Source of the DNA: Rebecca billardiae RCC1528
Lineage: Eukaryota; Protista; Haptophyta
Direction: 5' to 3'
DNA: 64,000 nt
Assembly: GCA_965240325.2 (NCBI GenBank)
Contig: OZ251232.1
Location: 124,001 to 188,000 of the forward strand
Notes under the pieces: generated by a model
Told to the model about the DNA's origin: nothing
The model's input: only the letters and a program-made list of their open reading frames with translations
The model's database searches: none
Shown: piece after piece, positions 47,435 through 56,705 of the stretch
How the letters are laid out: each line of letters begins with the position of its first letter
Numbering within the stretch: the first letter of the stretch is position 1
Made by a program: the position numbers and the translations under genes

Positions 47435-48859
47435 TCAGTCGTAGTTGATTGTGCGCATCGTCGCTGCCGTCGCGTTCTTTGGCAGCCGGCTGCCGCCGCC
47501 GCTCGTGCCGCCGGCCGACTTCCCACCCGCCTCGTCCTGTTGCGCGCGCGCCTTGCCTTTCCCCTTCCCCTTCGCCTTCGCCGCCGCCGCCGCCTCCGCC
47601 GCCTGCTGCGCGCTGATCGCGTTCTGCGCCACGCGCTCCGCGTCCTCGGCCGCCTTGGCCGCGCGCTTGGCGGCGAGCACCGCCTCGTCGCGCCCCTTGC
47701 GCACGTCCTCGAGCTCGCTCGCTTTCCGGCGCACCTCGGCGCGCTGCGCCTCGTTCTCGGCCTCGAGCTCGATCACGCGCGCCTTCATCTCGCCCAGCGA
47801 CTCGTCCGCCGCCTCCTTCTCGAAGGTGAGCTGCGAGAGCGCGCGCTCGGCGCGGCGCACGCGCGAGCTGAGCGCCTCGGTGGACGCGTCCTTGGTGGCC
47901 GCCTCCGCCTTCATCTCCTGCACGAGATTGTCGAGCTGCTCGCGGCTCTCGACGAGGGCGTCGACCTCGGAGGCGAGCCTTTGCAGCCGCGCCGCCTCGA
48001 CCACCAGCCCGTCGTACCGCCCGCGCAGCCGCGCCACCGTCGCCTCTGCCTCGTCGGTGCGCGCGCACTGCGCCTCCAGCTGTGCGCCCAGGCTGTCGAT
48101 CTCGCGCTGCGCGCGCATCAGCCGCGACTGCTCGTTGGCGACCATGTCGCGGTGCGCGCGGCGCGCGTTGTCGATGAGCGTGAGCAGGCGCTCGATCGTG
48201 TTGCACGCCAGCGTCCACACCCGCCACAGCACGCGCCCGCGGTCCGCGCAGTCCACCGTGACCTGCCGGCACAGCTCGTGCATGCCGGTCGAGAGCGCGC
48301 GGTACAGCGTGCTGATGCGGCCCGCGTCGACGAAGTCCTCCTCGATGGCCATCCGGCCCGTGGCGTCGGCGGAGTCTGGGGGCGCCCCGTCGGGCCCCGC
48401 GCGCGCCGCGTCGCCGCCCGCCGCACCCTCCGCCCGCCGCGCCGCGCGCTTGGCGGCCGCATGCGCCGCGAGCTCCTGCTCCAGCCACCGCTCCACGTGC
48501 TCGACCTCCTCGCGGCCGGTGGGGCGGAGCGAAGGGAAGACGGTGGCGCGCCACTTGGCGGGGAGCTGCGGTAGCTCATCCGTCACGAACTCCGCGTCGC
48601 GGTGGAAGTGCAACGGCTGCGACACCACGACGTGCGCGTCACGAGGCAGGATGGATGGTGGCAAGACGGCCGCGTGCGAGGGCGCCGTGTTGATGGCGCG
48701 CAGCGGCGACGTACCCGCGGCTGGCGAGCGGGAGCGCGGCACGCGCATCGGCGCCGTCGATCGGCCAGCGCCGCCACCCTCGCGCGCTCCCCGTGTCGGG
48801 CTCAGCTGCGCCACGGCTCCCGGCGAGCGGGCCGCGCGCGGCGGCTCGCCAGCCATCAT
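47435..48859 (-). CDS. Axonemal dynein light chain (p28/AXDND1-like) domain coiled-coil protein
   Basis: FPSLRPTGREEV..L...HELCRQVTVDCADRGRVLWRVW followed by a long coiled coil. Confidence 0.8.
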   Translation of the reverse strand: MMAGEPPRAARSPGAVAQLSPTRGAREGGGAGRSTAPMRVPRSRSPAAGTSPLRAINTAPSHAAVLPPSILPRDAHVVVSQPLHFHRDAEFVTDELPQLPAKWRATVFPSLRPTGREEVEHVERWLEQELAAHAAAKRAARRAEGAAGGDAARAGPDGAPPDSADATGRMAIEEDFVDAGRISTLYRALSTGMHELCRQVTVDCADRGRVLWRVWTLACNTIERLLTLIDNARRAHRDMVANEQSRLMRAQREIDSLGAQLEAQCARTDEAEATVARLRGRYDGLVVEAARLQRLASEVDALVESREQLDNLVQEMKAEAATKDASTEALSSRVRRAERALSQLTFEKEAADESLGEMKARVIELEAENEAQRAEVRRKASELEDVRKGRDEAVLAAKRAAKAAEDAERVAQNAISAQQAAEAAAAAKAKGKGKGKARAQQDEAGGKSAGGTSGGGSRLPKNATAATMRTINYD

Positions 48860-49418
48860 GCTGCTTGACGTTACTGGACCGCGGAAAAACGCGGCGGGTA
48901 CGTACCCCCATACAGTTTACTATGTACATGGTTCGGTCGTCGAGAGTCGAGACGCGAGGAGTTCTCCGCGGAGAGTCCGCGCGCCGCGGAGCTCTGGAGG
49001 AGTTTGGTGCACAGGTGGACGCGCGGAAAATAAAGCTGAACGCGCGTCACGTAGCAGCCTAGCAGGAAGTCGTGCGAGGCGTACTCGCTACTACGGTACC
49101 GTAGTCCGTGACCGTAGTACGGCACGTCGGCAACTAAATATAGGTGGCTGCTGCATCGCGGGCGCAGCACGGTCGGAGCACGGGCTCGTCCGACGTCGCC
49201 GCACGGCCCCGCCCTCCGGTCTACCCGGAGTCCAGCTCCGGCCACGGCCCCGACGGTCGACTGCACCAGCTGCGGATGCAAAGAGACACGGCGTGTGACG
49301 CGCGTGCGCGAGCTCGCCGCGCGTGCACTCCGAAGCGGCGCGCTCCACAGCACACTCGGCAATCGCGCCGGCCAGCCGGCGGCACCCTCCCCGTTGCCGT
49401 TGGCAGCGGGGCGGCGAG

Positions 49419-50342
49419 TCAGCCGGGCGCCTTGTGCAGGCTCTCAGCGGCGGCTGCCGCCACATCGGCCAGCACTTGGATGTGCGCGTCAGGCTGCGCA
49501 TCGGCTGCGCGCGTCCTGGTCGCCCCCGCGAGTAGCGCCGGGACGACCCCGTTGCCGCGCGGCACAGACCCATCCGCATCTCCATGGAGGTGCGGGCCAG
49601 GCTGCGGCGGGGCGAAGGATTGAGACGCGGGCGGCAGCGGGACGGCAAGGGCGGCAGCGGAGGCGCCATCGATGTCGGCCGCCATGGTCTGGAGCATCGC
49701 GTCGCCGCTCGGAGGGTCCATGGCAACTGCCCGCTTGCGCTTGTTGTAGATCGCGCACTGGCTGATCATGCCGTCAAGCTTGTGCACGGCACACCGGCTG
49801 GGGCGCCGGTCGCCCGGCGTCGAGTAGGAGGCGGCCTTGTCGCAGCCGTCGTGGCCGCACTTGCGGTTGATCACGTTCACCATGCCGTCGAGCTTGTGCT
49901 CGGCGCATCGGCTGGCGCGCGAGTCGCCGGGCATGCCCAAAGACGGGAGCTTCTTGCAGCCGTCGTGCTCGCACGTGCGCCTTCGGCTCACGACGTCGAC
50001 CATGCCGGCCAGCTTGTGCGTTGCGCACCGGGTGGCGCGGGCGGCGCCCGGCATGCCGAACGACGGCAGCTTCTCGCAGCCGTCATGATCGCACCTGCGG
50101 CTCCCAATGTTGACCATGCCAGTCAGCTTGTGCGAGGCGCATCGGCTCGGTCGCGGGTCCCCGGGCATGCCCAGTGACGGCACCTTGAAGCAGCCGTCAT
50201 GCTCGCACGTGCGGCTGACCACGTCGACCATGCCCGCCAGCTTGTGCGCGCGACACCGGCTGGCGCGCTGCGCACCTGGAAAAGCGTACGATGGCACCTT
50301 GTCGCAGCCGACTTGAGCGCACGCGCGACTTTTGCTCACCAT
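49419..50342 (-). CDS. EsV-1-7 cysteine-rich repeat protein (5 repeats)
   Basis: Repeats CxxxGCxKxPSxGxPGxxRxxRCxxHKLxGMV(D/N)V. ATG at 50342. Confidence 0.88.
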   Translation of the reverse strand: MVSKSRACAQVGCDKVPSYAFPGAQRASRCRAHKLAGMVDVVSRTCEHDGCFKVPSLGMPGDPRPSRCASHKLTGMVNIGSRRCDHDGCEKLPSFGMPGAARATRCATHKLAGMVDVVSRRRTCEHDGCKKLPSLGMPGDSRASRCAEHKLDGMVNVINRKCGHDGCDKAASYSTPGDRRPSRCAVHKLDGMISQCAIYNKRKRAVAMDPPSGDAMLQTMAADIDGASAAALAVPLPPASQSFAPPQPGPHLHGDADGSVPRGNGVVPALLAGATRTRAADAQPDAHIQVLADVAAAAAESLHKAPG

Positions 50343-51123
50343 CCCGCGCGTCCTGCAGGCCGGCTTAGGTCGACCAATCAAGCGGTGCCCGCCATCGGGT
50401 CCCTCGTTGTCCGGGGCGAAAAATGGCTTGCGGCGGGTATGGGGGTAGTGCGGAAATGCTTCGTCCCGCGACAAGACGCGGAACGTAGACACCAACCTCG
50501 CCAGGACTTGATCCACGACGTTGCTTGATCGTCATGACTCAATGTCAATGGTTGACTGGTTGAGTGTTGATGACCGGAGACTACTGTTACTACTGTCCGG
50601 GCAACAGAACCCTGCCGCCGGCTTGGGGAGCAAACCCTCAGGATCGGGCGATGGCGACCAATCTGACACGCACCACGCGCGCTGCGCAGGCTGATGCGCG
50701 GCCCTCGCGGCGCGCACGCCCGCGCGCGCTGAGCGGATGGTACCGGGAGACATGGAAGATCATCCCCGTCCCTTCTCGCCCCGCACTCTCGCCTCTCTCC
50801 GCCGCGCAGGCCTGTTGCATTCCGCCCGGTCCGGCCCGGGCTGCGGCCGCGCCGTCTCGAGGCTGCGCGCGTGGCCCATCCAGGGCGAGTTTCGAGGCGC
50901 TCTCGAGCTTGGCACGTCGGGGCATATACATGGGCAACTGCTGCAAGCGCGCTCGCCTGTGCGCGCGGCGAGTCGCCGGCGCTGGGCGATCTACTGAAGG
51001 TCGTGCAGTGTCGCAACTCAGCTCGACAGCCGCCGCCATCCGCGTAGGGTTGCGTGCGCCCACTTACGGTCACGTCGGCGCGTCGAGATGCGCGCAGATT
51101 ACGGCCTATAGATGCTGCTACGA

Positions 51124-52089
51124 TCATATATATATAGTAGGCGGCGTCGATCGCGAGCGTGCGTGCGGTAGCCTGAGCTGAGGCGCGGGCCGGTGCGCCG
51201 CGGCCGCCACTCGGCGCCGGGGCCCGGGCCCGACCGGACCGGAGTCAGAGGCGGCCGCAGTCCGCAGACCAGGAGCTGATGGCGGCAGTCGTCGACGTCG
51301 ACGACGGCGGGGCGGGCGCTTGTGCGCGAGGCTCGTCGTGGCCTGCAGCTCACTTCGTGCCGACGTGCGTGAGGATCGACTGGCTGCAAGCCTTGCTACA
51401 GGTTCGGGCGACATGCGTGCCCAAGCGACGTGCCGCCGCCGCCGGCCGAGGCGAGGCGGCGGCTGCGTGCGCCTGCGCGCGCTGCTCGAGCGCATGCGCC
51501 TTGGCCGGGAAGCTCGCGCCCATGCCTTAGAAGGCTGCGGCGATCGCGGCGAGATCCGGGCGCGCTCGGCGCGCAGAGCAGGCGCAGCTTGGCCGACCAT
51601 CTTGCCGTGCGCGAGCAGGTGCTGCGCAACGGTGAGCACGTCGTCGGCGGTCATCCATGGCATCTGCGACAGCCACGAGCGACCGGAGGCATGCCGCGCC
51701 GCACGCTGAGCTTTGTTCAGCTGCCTGCGGTGCGTCTGGGCTTTGAGCAGCAGGTAGTGAGTCGGCGCCGTCAGTTCAGCGGCGCAGATGCGCACGCCTT
51801 TCAGGTTCCGGCCGTCCACAAAGCACGCGGGGCTGGAGAAGACGTGCGGGAACCAGCGCGGGGCGAAGATGGCAAAGAGCAGGCGGTCATGCGCCTGCGC
51901 TTGCCACGCGCACGGCAGTGCGGCCGCATTGTCCGACGTGAGCGCGAGCGCGTACACGTCGAGGTCGCCGGCCGATATGACGAGCACAGCGTCCCAATGC
52001 TCAGGGTCGCCGTTTTCGAGGAGGAGGTCGATCTGGGGCAGAGATGGCAGCGCGGCACTCGCCTGGCCCTCGTCAGGCTGCGCGCTCAT
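51124..52089 (-). CDS. Orphan ORF inside TIR element; N-terminal ~165 aa look globular
   Basis: ATG-initiated 321-aa ORF with normal composition in its first half. No family recognised. Confidence 0.4.
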   Translation of the reverse strand: MSAQPDEGQASAALPSLPQIDLLLENGDPEHWDAVLVISAGDLDVYALALTSDNAAALPCAWQAQAHDRLLFAIFAPRWFPHVFSSPACFVDGRNLKGVRICAAELTAPTHYLLLKAQTHRRQLNKAQRAARHASGRSWLSQMPWMTADDVLTVAQHLLAHGKMVGQAAPALRAERARISPRSPQPSKAWARASRPRRMRSSSARRRTQPPPRLGRRRRHVAWARMSPEPVARLAASRSSRTSARSELQATTSLAHKRPPRRRRRRRLPPSAPGLRTAAASDSGPVGPGPRRRVAAAAHRPAPQLRLPHARSRSTPPTIYI

Positions 52090-52203
52090 CCGCGCGGCAG
52101 CTTCGCGCAGCGTACCTCCCGCCGTCAGCGCCGCAGGGCAGCGGCGGCCACAACGCCGCCGAGCCGGAGGCTGGTGCCAACGGACTCGCAGTGCGTTGGC
52201 TGT

Positions 52204-52244
52204 CGACTGCGCCGTGACTCCCAGTGGGAGTCACGGCGCAGTCG
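52204..52244. other. Perfect 41-bp palindrome (20-bp arms, 1-nt spacer)
   Basis: cgactgcgccgtgactccca-g-tgggagtcacggcgcagtcg. Confidence 0.95.
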
Positions 52245-53171
52245 GCTCGCCCGATCCTGAGGGTTTGCTCCCCAAGCCGCCGGCTTTGAGGCCGACACGC
52301 CACACTGGGGCACATATCACCTGAGGGCCAGGCCTTCTGTGTGATAACCCGTACCCCAGTCATCATGCCGCTTGATACACGCCTTCCCCAACCGACAGAG
52401 TGCCGGGCTCTACTGATTGACATTCCCTACTACATCCTCATCCTGTCGGCGCGCTGTCGCATCGGCGCCCACTGCCCAGTCGGCGAGTTCGGACGACCGA
52501 CGTTTTGTGGACGACGGTGGGGCGAGGACGACGGGCGCTGGCGCGCCGCGAGGCGGCCGCAGCCCGCTCGTCCAGGCCTCGCAGGCGGACGGCTGAACGA
52601 ATTTTTCCGGCGGCGCTACCGCCATCGGCGACGGCTTCATGGGCGGCCGACAGTGGCTCACAGTTGGCGGGCGTCAATCTCGCCTGCCTGAGCTGTGTGC
52701 GTCTCTTATTCTTAGTAAACTGTACGACTGCTGAACTCGTGATGCCATGGTTCTGAATGCTACTAAGAGCCGTACCGAAGATAGATCGTAACGTCAAGCA
52801 AGTGTTGTCAGTGCCACTGGCACCAGCCCGTCTGGCCGTGGACGGTGGACAGCGGGTGGTCAGTTACGGATTACCAGTGTCCAGTCCCGGGCGAGTCGAG
52901 CATCGCCTAAGCGGTACTATGAGACCGCTCGCTGCCCTCCGAGCGGGAGTCATCGGACTTGCGGCACATCGGAGTCCAGTGTTCGCGCCGGGCGCGCGGG
53001 CGGTATACCGCACTCCACACTGACACAGCACACTCCAAGTCCACAGCGGGCACGGCACTTGACTATTGTCAGCCGACGCACCTGCTGCCACCACACGCCA
53101 CACGTGACACGCCTCACGCCCACGCCGCTTGGCGCTTATGACCTGCCTCCCGAGGCTGCCAGCGTCACCCG

Positions 53172-54251
53172 CTAGCGAGCCCCCATTCGATCGGGGCCGT
53201 GCTCGGCGCCTTTGGAGAAGCCGCGCACATAGGTTGCCGCGTGCCCGGACGCCTGTAGCGCGTGCCAGGCGGCGTCGATGCCACTGAGCAGCGGCTGCGG
53301 CAGCGGGCCGCCGGCCAGGCCAGCCAGGTTGTCGCGGAGTTGCCTCGCGCTCGACGCGCCCACGAGGATCGCGTCACCCAGATCCGCGCGAAGCGCCGAG
53401 TGATGCACCATCCAGCGCAGCGCAGCGTGCGCGGGCGGCACATTCGCGGCCACACACGCCGCCACAAACGCCTCGGCGGCCGCCACCTGAGGCTGGCTCA
53501 GGTAACGGTTCTGGTACAGCTTCTGGCGGAAGCGGCCCGTCTGCGCGCCCTGCAGCGAGGCCGCCGTGTGCTTCCCCGTGAGCAGCCCCCCCGCGAGCGG
53601 GTTGTACGCGTAGAACCGCACGCCGAGCGCGCGCAGCGTGGGGAGCAGTCCGGCCTCCACGTCCCGGGAGATCGGGTTGTACAGCCCCTGGTACACGCTC
53701 ACCTTGGGCAACCCCTTCTGCGAGCAGAGCGCGCTGAAGCGCTCGACCTCGCGCGCCGCGTAGTTCGAGAGGCCAAGCTCGACGAACCCGCCCGCGCGAT
53801 GCACCCGCGCGAGCCCGTCCAGCGCCTCCTCCACGGTCGACTTTGTGTCGGGTGAGTGCAGGTAGAGGATCTGCACACGGCTCGTGTCGAGGGCGCGCAG
53901 CGACTTGCTCGCCATCCTCTCGATGTTGCGTGGCTTGAAGCCGCCGCCGAAGGACGGGACCTTCGTGGCGAGCTTAAACTTCCCGTGGAGCGGTGACGAC
54001 GGCGGCCCGAGCAGACTGCCGAGCAGCTCCTCGGTTCGGCCCCCCTGGTAGACGCGTGCCGTGTCGAGTTCAGCGGTGTGCCCGGAGCCAAGCCAAAGCT
54101 CGAGCATTGAGCGTGCCTCGCTGGCGTTCGCCTGGCCGCCCATCGTCATTGTCCCCAGCACAACGGACATCCGTCCCTGCTGCGCGGGCTGCGCCCTCGC
54201 CGCGCACGCGATGCCCAGCAGCGAGGCGATCCGCAGGCCCGCCCGCATCAT
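53172..54251 (-). CDS. AKR7A: Aflatoxin B1 aldehyde reductase-like aldo-keto reductase (AKR7A family) with N-terminal signal-like peptide
   Basis: VLGTMTMG, LDTARVY, LATK, ILYLHSPD, ELGLSNY, VYQGLYN, FYAYNPLAGGLLTGK, ALRWMVHHS, ILVGASS. Confidence 0.92.
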   Translation of the reverse strand: MMRAGLRIASLLGIACAARAQPAQQGRMSVVLGTMTMGGQANASEARSMLELWLGSGHTAELDTARVYQGGRTEELLGSLLGPPSSPLHGKFKLATKVPSFGGGFKPRNIERMASKSLRALDTSRVQILYLHSPDTKSTVEEALDGLARVHRAGGFVELGLSNYAAREVERFSALCSQKGLPKVSVYQGLYNPISRDVEAGLLPTLRALGVRFYAYNPLAGGLLTGKHTAASLQGAQTGRFRQKLYQNRYLSQPQVAAAEAFVAACVAANVPPAHAALRWMVHHSALRADLGDAILVGASSARQLRDNLAGLAGGPLPQPLLSGIDAAWHALQASGHAATYVRGFSKGAEHGPDRMGAR

Positions 54252-54386
54252 CGCCGCGAGCGCCTTGGCAGCCCCCCCACTGACGCTGGCTGAGGAAGAC
54301 TCGTGTGCGTTTCTCTATTCTTAGCGGTACTGTACCGGTATACAGTGACAGTACTGTATATATCATGATGATGATACAGTTCAAAC

Positions 54387-54693
54387 GAATGTACTCATGA
54401 ACAGACTCACTGTGTCGTAGTACCCGTGGCACTACTGTATTGCTGGCTACTCGGACCGATGGCGATGTGCGGTGCACAGCCTACTCGTGCACCGCGCATG
54501 CGGGCGTGACGCGCGGCATCGCGCGCGACGGCGCGGCGGAATGTACTCATGAATTACGGACTCACTGTGTCGTAGTACCCGTGGCACTACTGTATTGCTG
54601 GCTACTCGGACCGATGGCGATGTGCGGTGCACAGCCTACTCGTGCACCGCGCATGCGGGCGTGACGCGCGGCATCGCGCGCGACGGCGCGGCG
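54387..54693. repeat. Tandem duplication (~152-155 bp) of the 3' end, stop codon and 3' UTR of the SLC35A gene
   Basis: 54387-54538 is repeated from 54539. Confidence 0.9.
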
Positions 54694-55937
54694 GGCGAGA
54701 AGCTGTCGCGCCGCGGGCTTGCGCCGTAGCCGTCGGCCGAGCCCGCGCCCTGAGGCGAACTGTCGCGCAGCGCCGCGCTGACGCCGGAGGCTCCGTCGCC
54801 GCCGTTGAGCGCGGCGCACGCCTCGGCGCCGCCGCCGCCGCCGCCCAGGCCGCGCTCCGAGGCGCGCGCCATCGCATCGGGCGCCAGGTCCGCCCACGCG
54901 TTCCTGAACCGCGCCCTGCCGCCGCCATTCGCCGCCGCCGCCGCCACCGCCGCCGTCGCGCTCACCTTGGCCACGGCAGGCCGGCGCGTCGCGGGCCGCG
55001 CGTAGAGCACGACCGACGCGCAGACGAGGACGATGCCGCGCACGAGCGCGGCGCTGGGCCGCAGCCCGAAGAGCGGGATCGACGCGAGCGCGGAGACGAT
55101 GATCGACACCACCGTGGCGAACACCTTGATGATGTTGTCCGCGTACTTGATCACCGCCGCCACGAGCAGCCCGCCCGCGGCGTTGAGGACGACCACGACC
55201 ACCGCCTCGAGATCGAAGCCGCCGAGCGCGCCGTGCGCGCGGATGTGCGCGCCGTCGGACCAGAGCGCGCCCGCGATGGCGATGGGCAGCGCGAAGAGCC
55301 CGAGCTGCACGTTCCGCACCCACATCGACGCCGTCGAGTGCTTGAGAAGCTTCTCAAAGTACACGGACGAGAAGCCGGACAGCATCGCAGCGACCACGAC
55401 CGAGAGCAGCCCCGTGCTGTCCATGCGCAGCTGCGAGGCGGGCGCGGACGCGCCGGCGGCGGGCGCGTCGGGCTGCTGGACGGCGATCACTCCGGCCGAG
55501 AGCACGAGCAGCGAGAACCACTGCACGCCCTCCAGCCGCCTGCGCAGCAGCGCGACCGAGAAGAGCGCCGTGAAGAGCGTCTTGAGCTGGTACACGACCT
55601 GGAAGGTGGCGGCGTCGACGTGCGAGAGGGCGACGAAGAGGAGGTAGGACTGGAGGGTGTACAGCACCGCGGGCACGCCCACCTTGCACACCTCCCCCGG
55701 CCGCTCGAGCAGGTGCGTGCGCAGCTGCTCGGGCAGCGCGCGCGCGCCGATCGCGCTGAGGCACAGCGCGAGCTTGAGCATCTCCGAGAGAGCGACGGCG
55801 ACGGAGGGCAGGTAGCGCCCGGCCGGCCCGACGGGCGCTGAGCGCGAGTGTCGCATCACGAGCACGAGCGAGGAGTTCTGCGCGACCAGCAGCACGAGCA
55901 CCGCCCGCTTCAGCCACGCGCCGCGCGTGGCGTCCAT
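54636..55937 (-). CDS. Nucleotide-sugar transporter, SLC35A (UDP-Gal/CMP-Sia) family
   Basis: QNSSLVLVMR, VPAVLYTLQ, TFQVVYQLK, SGFSSVYFEKLLK, WVRNVQL, GGLLVAAVIKYADNIIK. Confidence 0.93.
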   Translation of the reverse strand: MDATRGAWLKRAVLVLLVAQNSSLVLVMRHSRSAPVGPAGRYLPSVAVALSEMLKLALCLSAIGARALPEQLRTHLLERPGEVCKVGVPAVLYTLQSYLLFVALSHVDAATFQVVYQLKTLFTALFSVALLRRRLEGVQWFSLLVLSAGVIAVQQPDAPAAGASAPASQLRMDSTGLLSVVVAAMLSGFSSVYFEKLLKHSTASMWVRNVQLGLFALPIAIAGALWSDGAHIRAHGALGGFDLEAVVVVVLNAAGGLLVAAVIKYADNIIKVFATVVSIIVSALASIPLFGLRPSAALVRGIVLVCASVVLYARPATRRPAVAKVSATAAVAAAAANGGGRARFRNAWADLAPDAMARASERGLGGGGGGAEACAALNGGDGASGVSAALRDSSPQGAGSADGYGASPRRDSFSPAAPSRAMPRVTPACAVHE

Positions 55938-55982
55938 GGCGCCGTGGTCGGCGTCCTCTTCGGGCTTTGGACTACTTGTCTT

Positions 55983-56561
55983 CAGAGCGTTGCGCCAGCT
56001 GGACAAACGCGAAGGGACCCACCGTCCAGGATCCTTGGACTTGTGGAGGGCCCCGGCGAGACCTGCACTCGGATCGGGGCCCTCTCCCGCTGTGCCGCTT
56101 GCGGCGCACGCCTGACCGGTGCGGCGGGCGACGTGTGCGCACGCCGTGCAGCTCGCGGCGCGTGCGCGTTGGCTAGATGGCACACGTCTCCCGACGCACA
56201 AGTCGAATGACCGCAGCTGGGATGCCCTTTCGCGCCGCAAGGACGCTTGCGAGGCCGGTCGCGCGGCCGAGCGGCGTGGCCGTGCCGCCTGCACGCAGTG
56301 CGCCCATGGACTTGGCTTCGCCGCGCGCGCTGAGGCTGGCGAGCGTCACGGCCGAATTCTACGACGCGCGCGACGCGCCATCTGCCTGCTTCCTTGCCTC
56401 CGACGCACGTTTTCTGCGGACAGCGGCGACTCGCCCGCCCATGCGGCGGCGAGCCGCCATCCACCGCGCTTCGCCCTAAACAGAGCGCGGAACATTTCGT
56501 TTTGAAAAGCGCAGATCTGAAAAGACCGGAGGGCGTTTGTCCAGCTGGCGCAACGCCCCTG
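55983..56561. mobile_element. MITE-like element with 24-bp inverted repeats
   Basis: gcgttgcgccagctggacaaacgc (55987-56010) has its exact reverse complement at 56533-56556. CAG...CTG ends; no clear TSD. Confidence 0.5.
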
Positions 56562-56705
56562 AGAGCTGACGATGGCGGCGGATTGCCGGCGGATTTCAAT
56601 CATTTCATGCATGCATTGCCATTTCATTTTCACGGCCGGATTATTTTCACGGCGGGCGCAGGCTTTCTGTGCCGTGTGCGCCCTCGGTTGATGCCATATA
56701 TATAT

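Larger units (their letters stand above)
50620..52278. mobile_element. TIR-bounded element (1659 bp; 32-bp perfect TIR, 3-bp GCC flanks)
   Basis: ggcttggggagcaaaccctcaggatcgggcga at 50620-50651 has its exact reverse complement at 52247-52278. GCC at 50617-50619 and 52279-52281. Confidence 0.72.

Noticed and set aside
49419-52300. Endogenous giant virus or virophage insertion
   Set aside because: No capsid, packaging ATPase, polB or integrase, and composition is host-like; EsV-1-7 repeats alone are insufficient.
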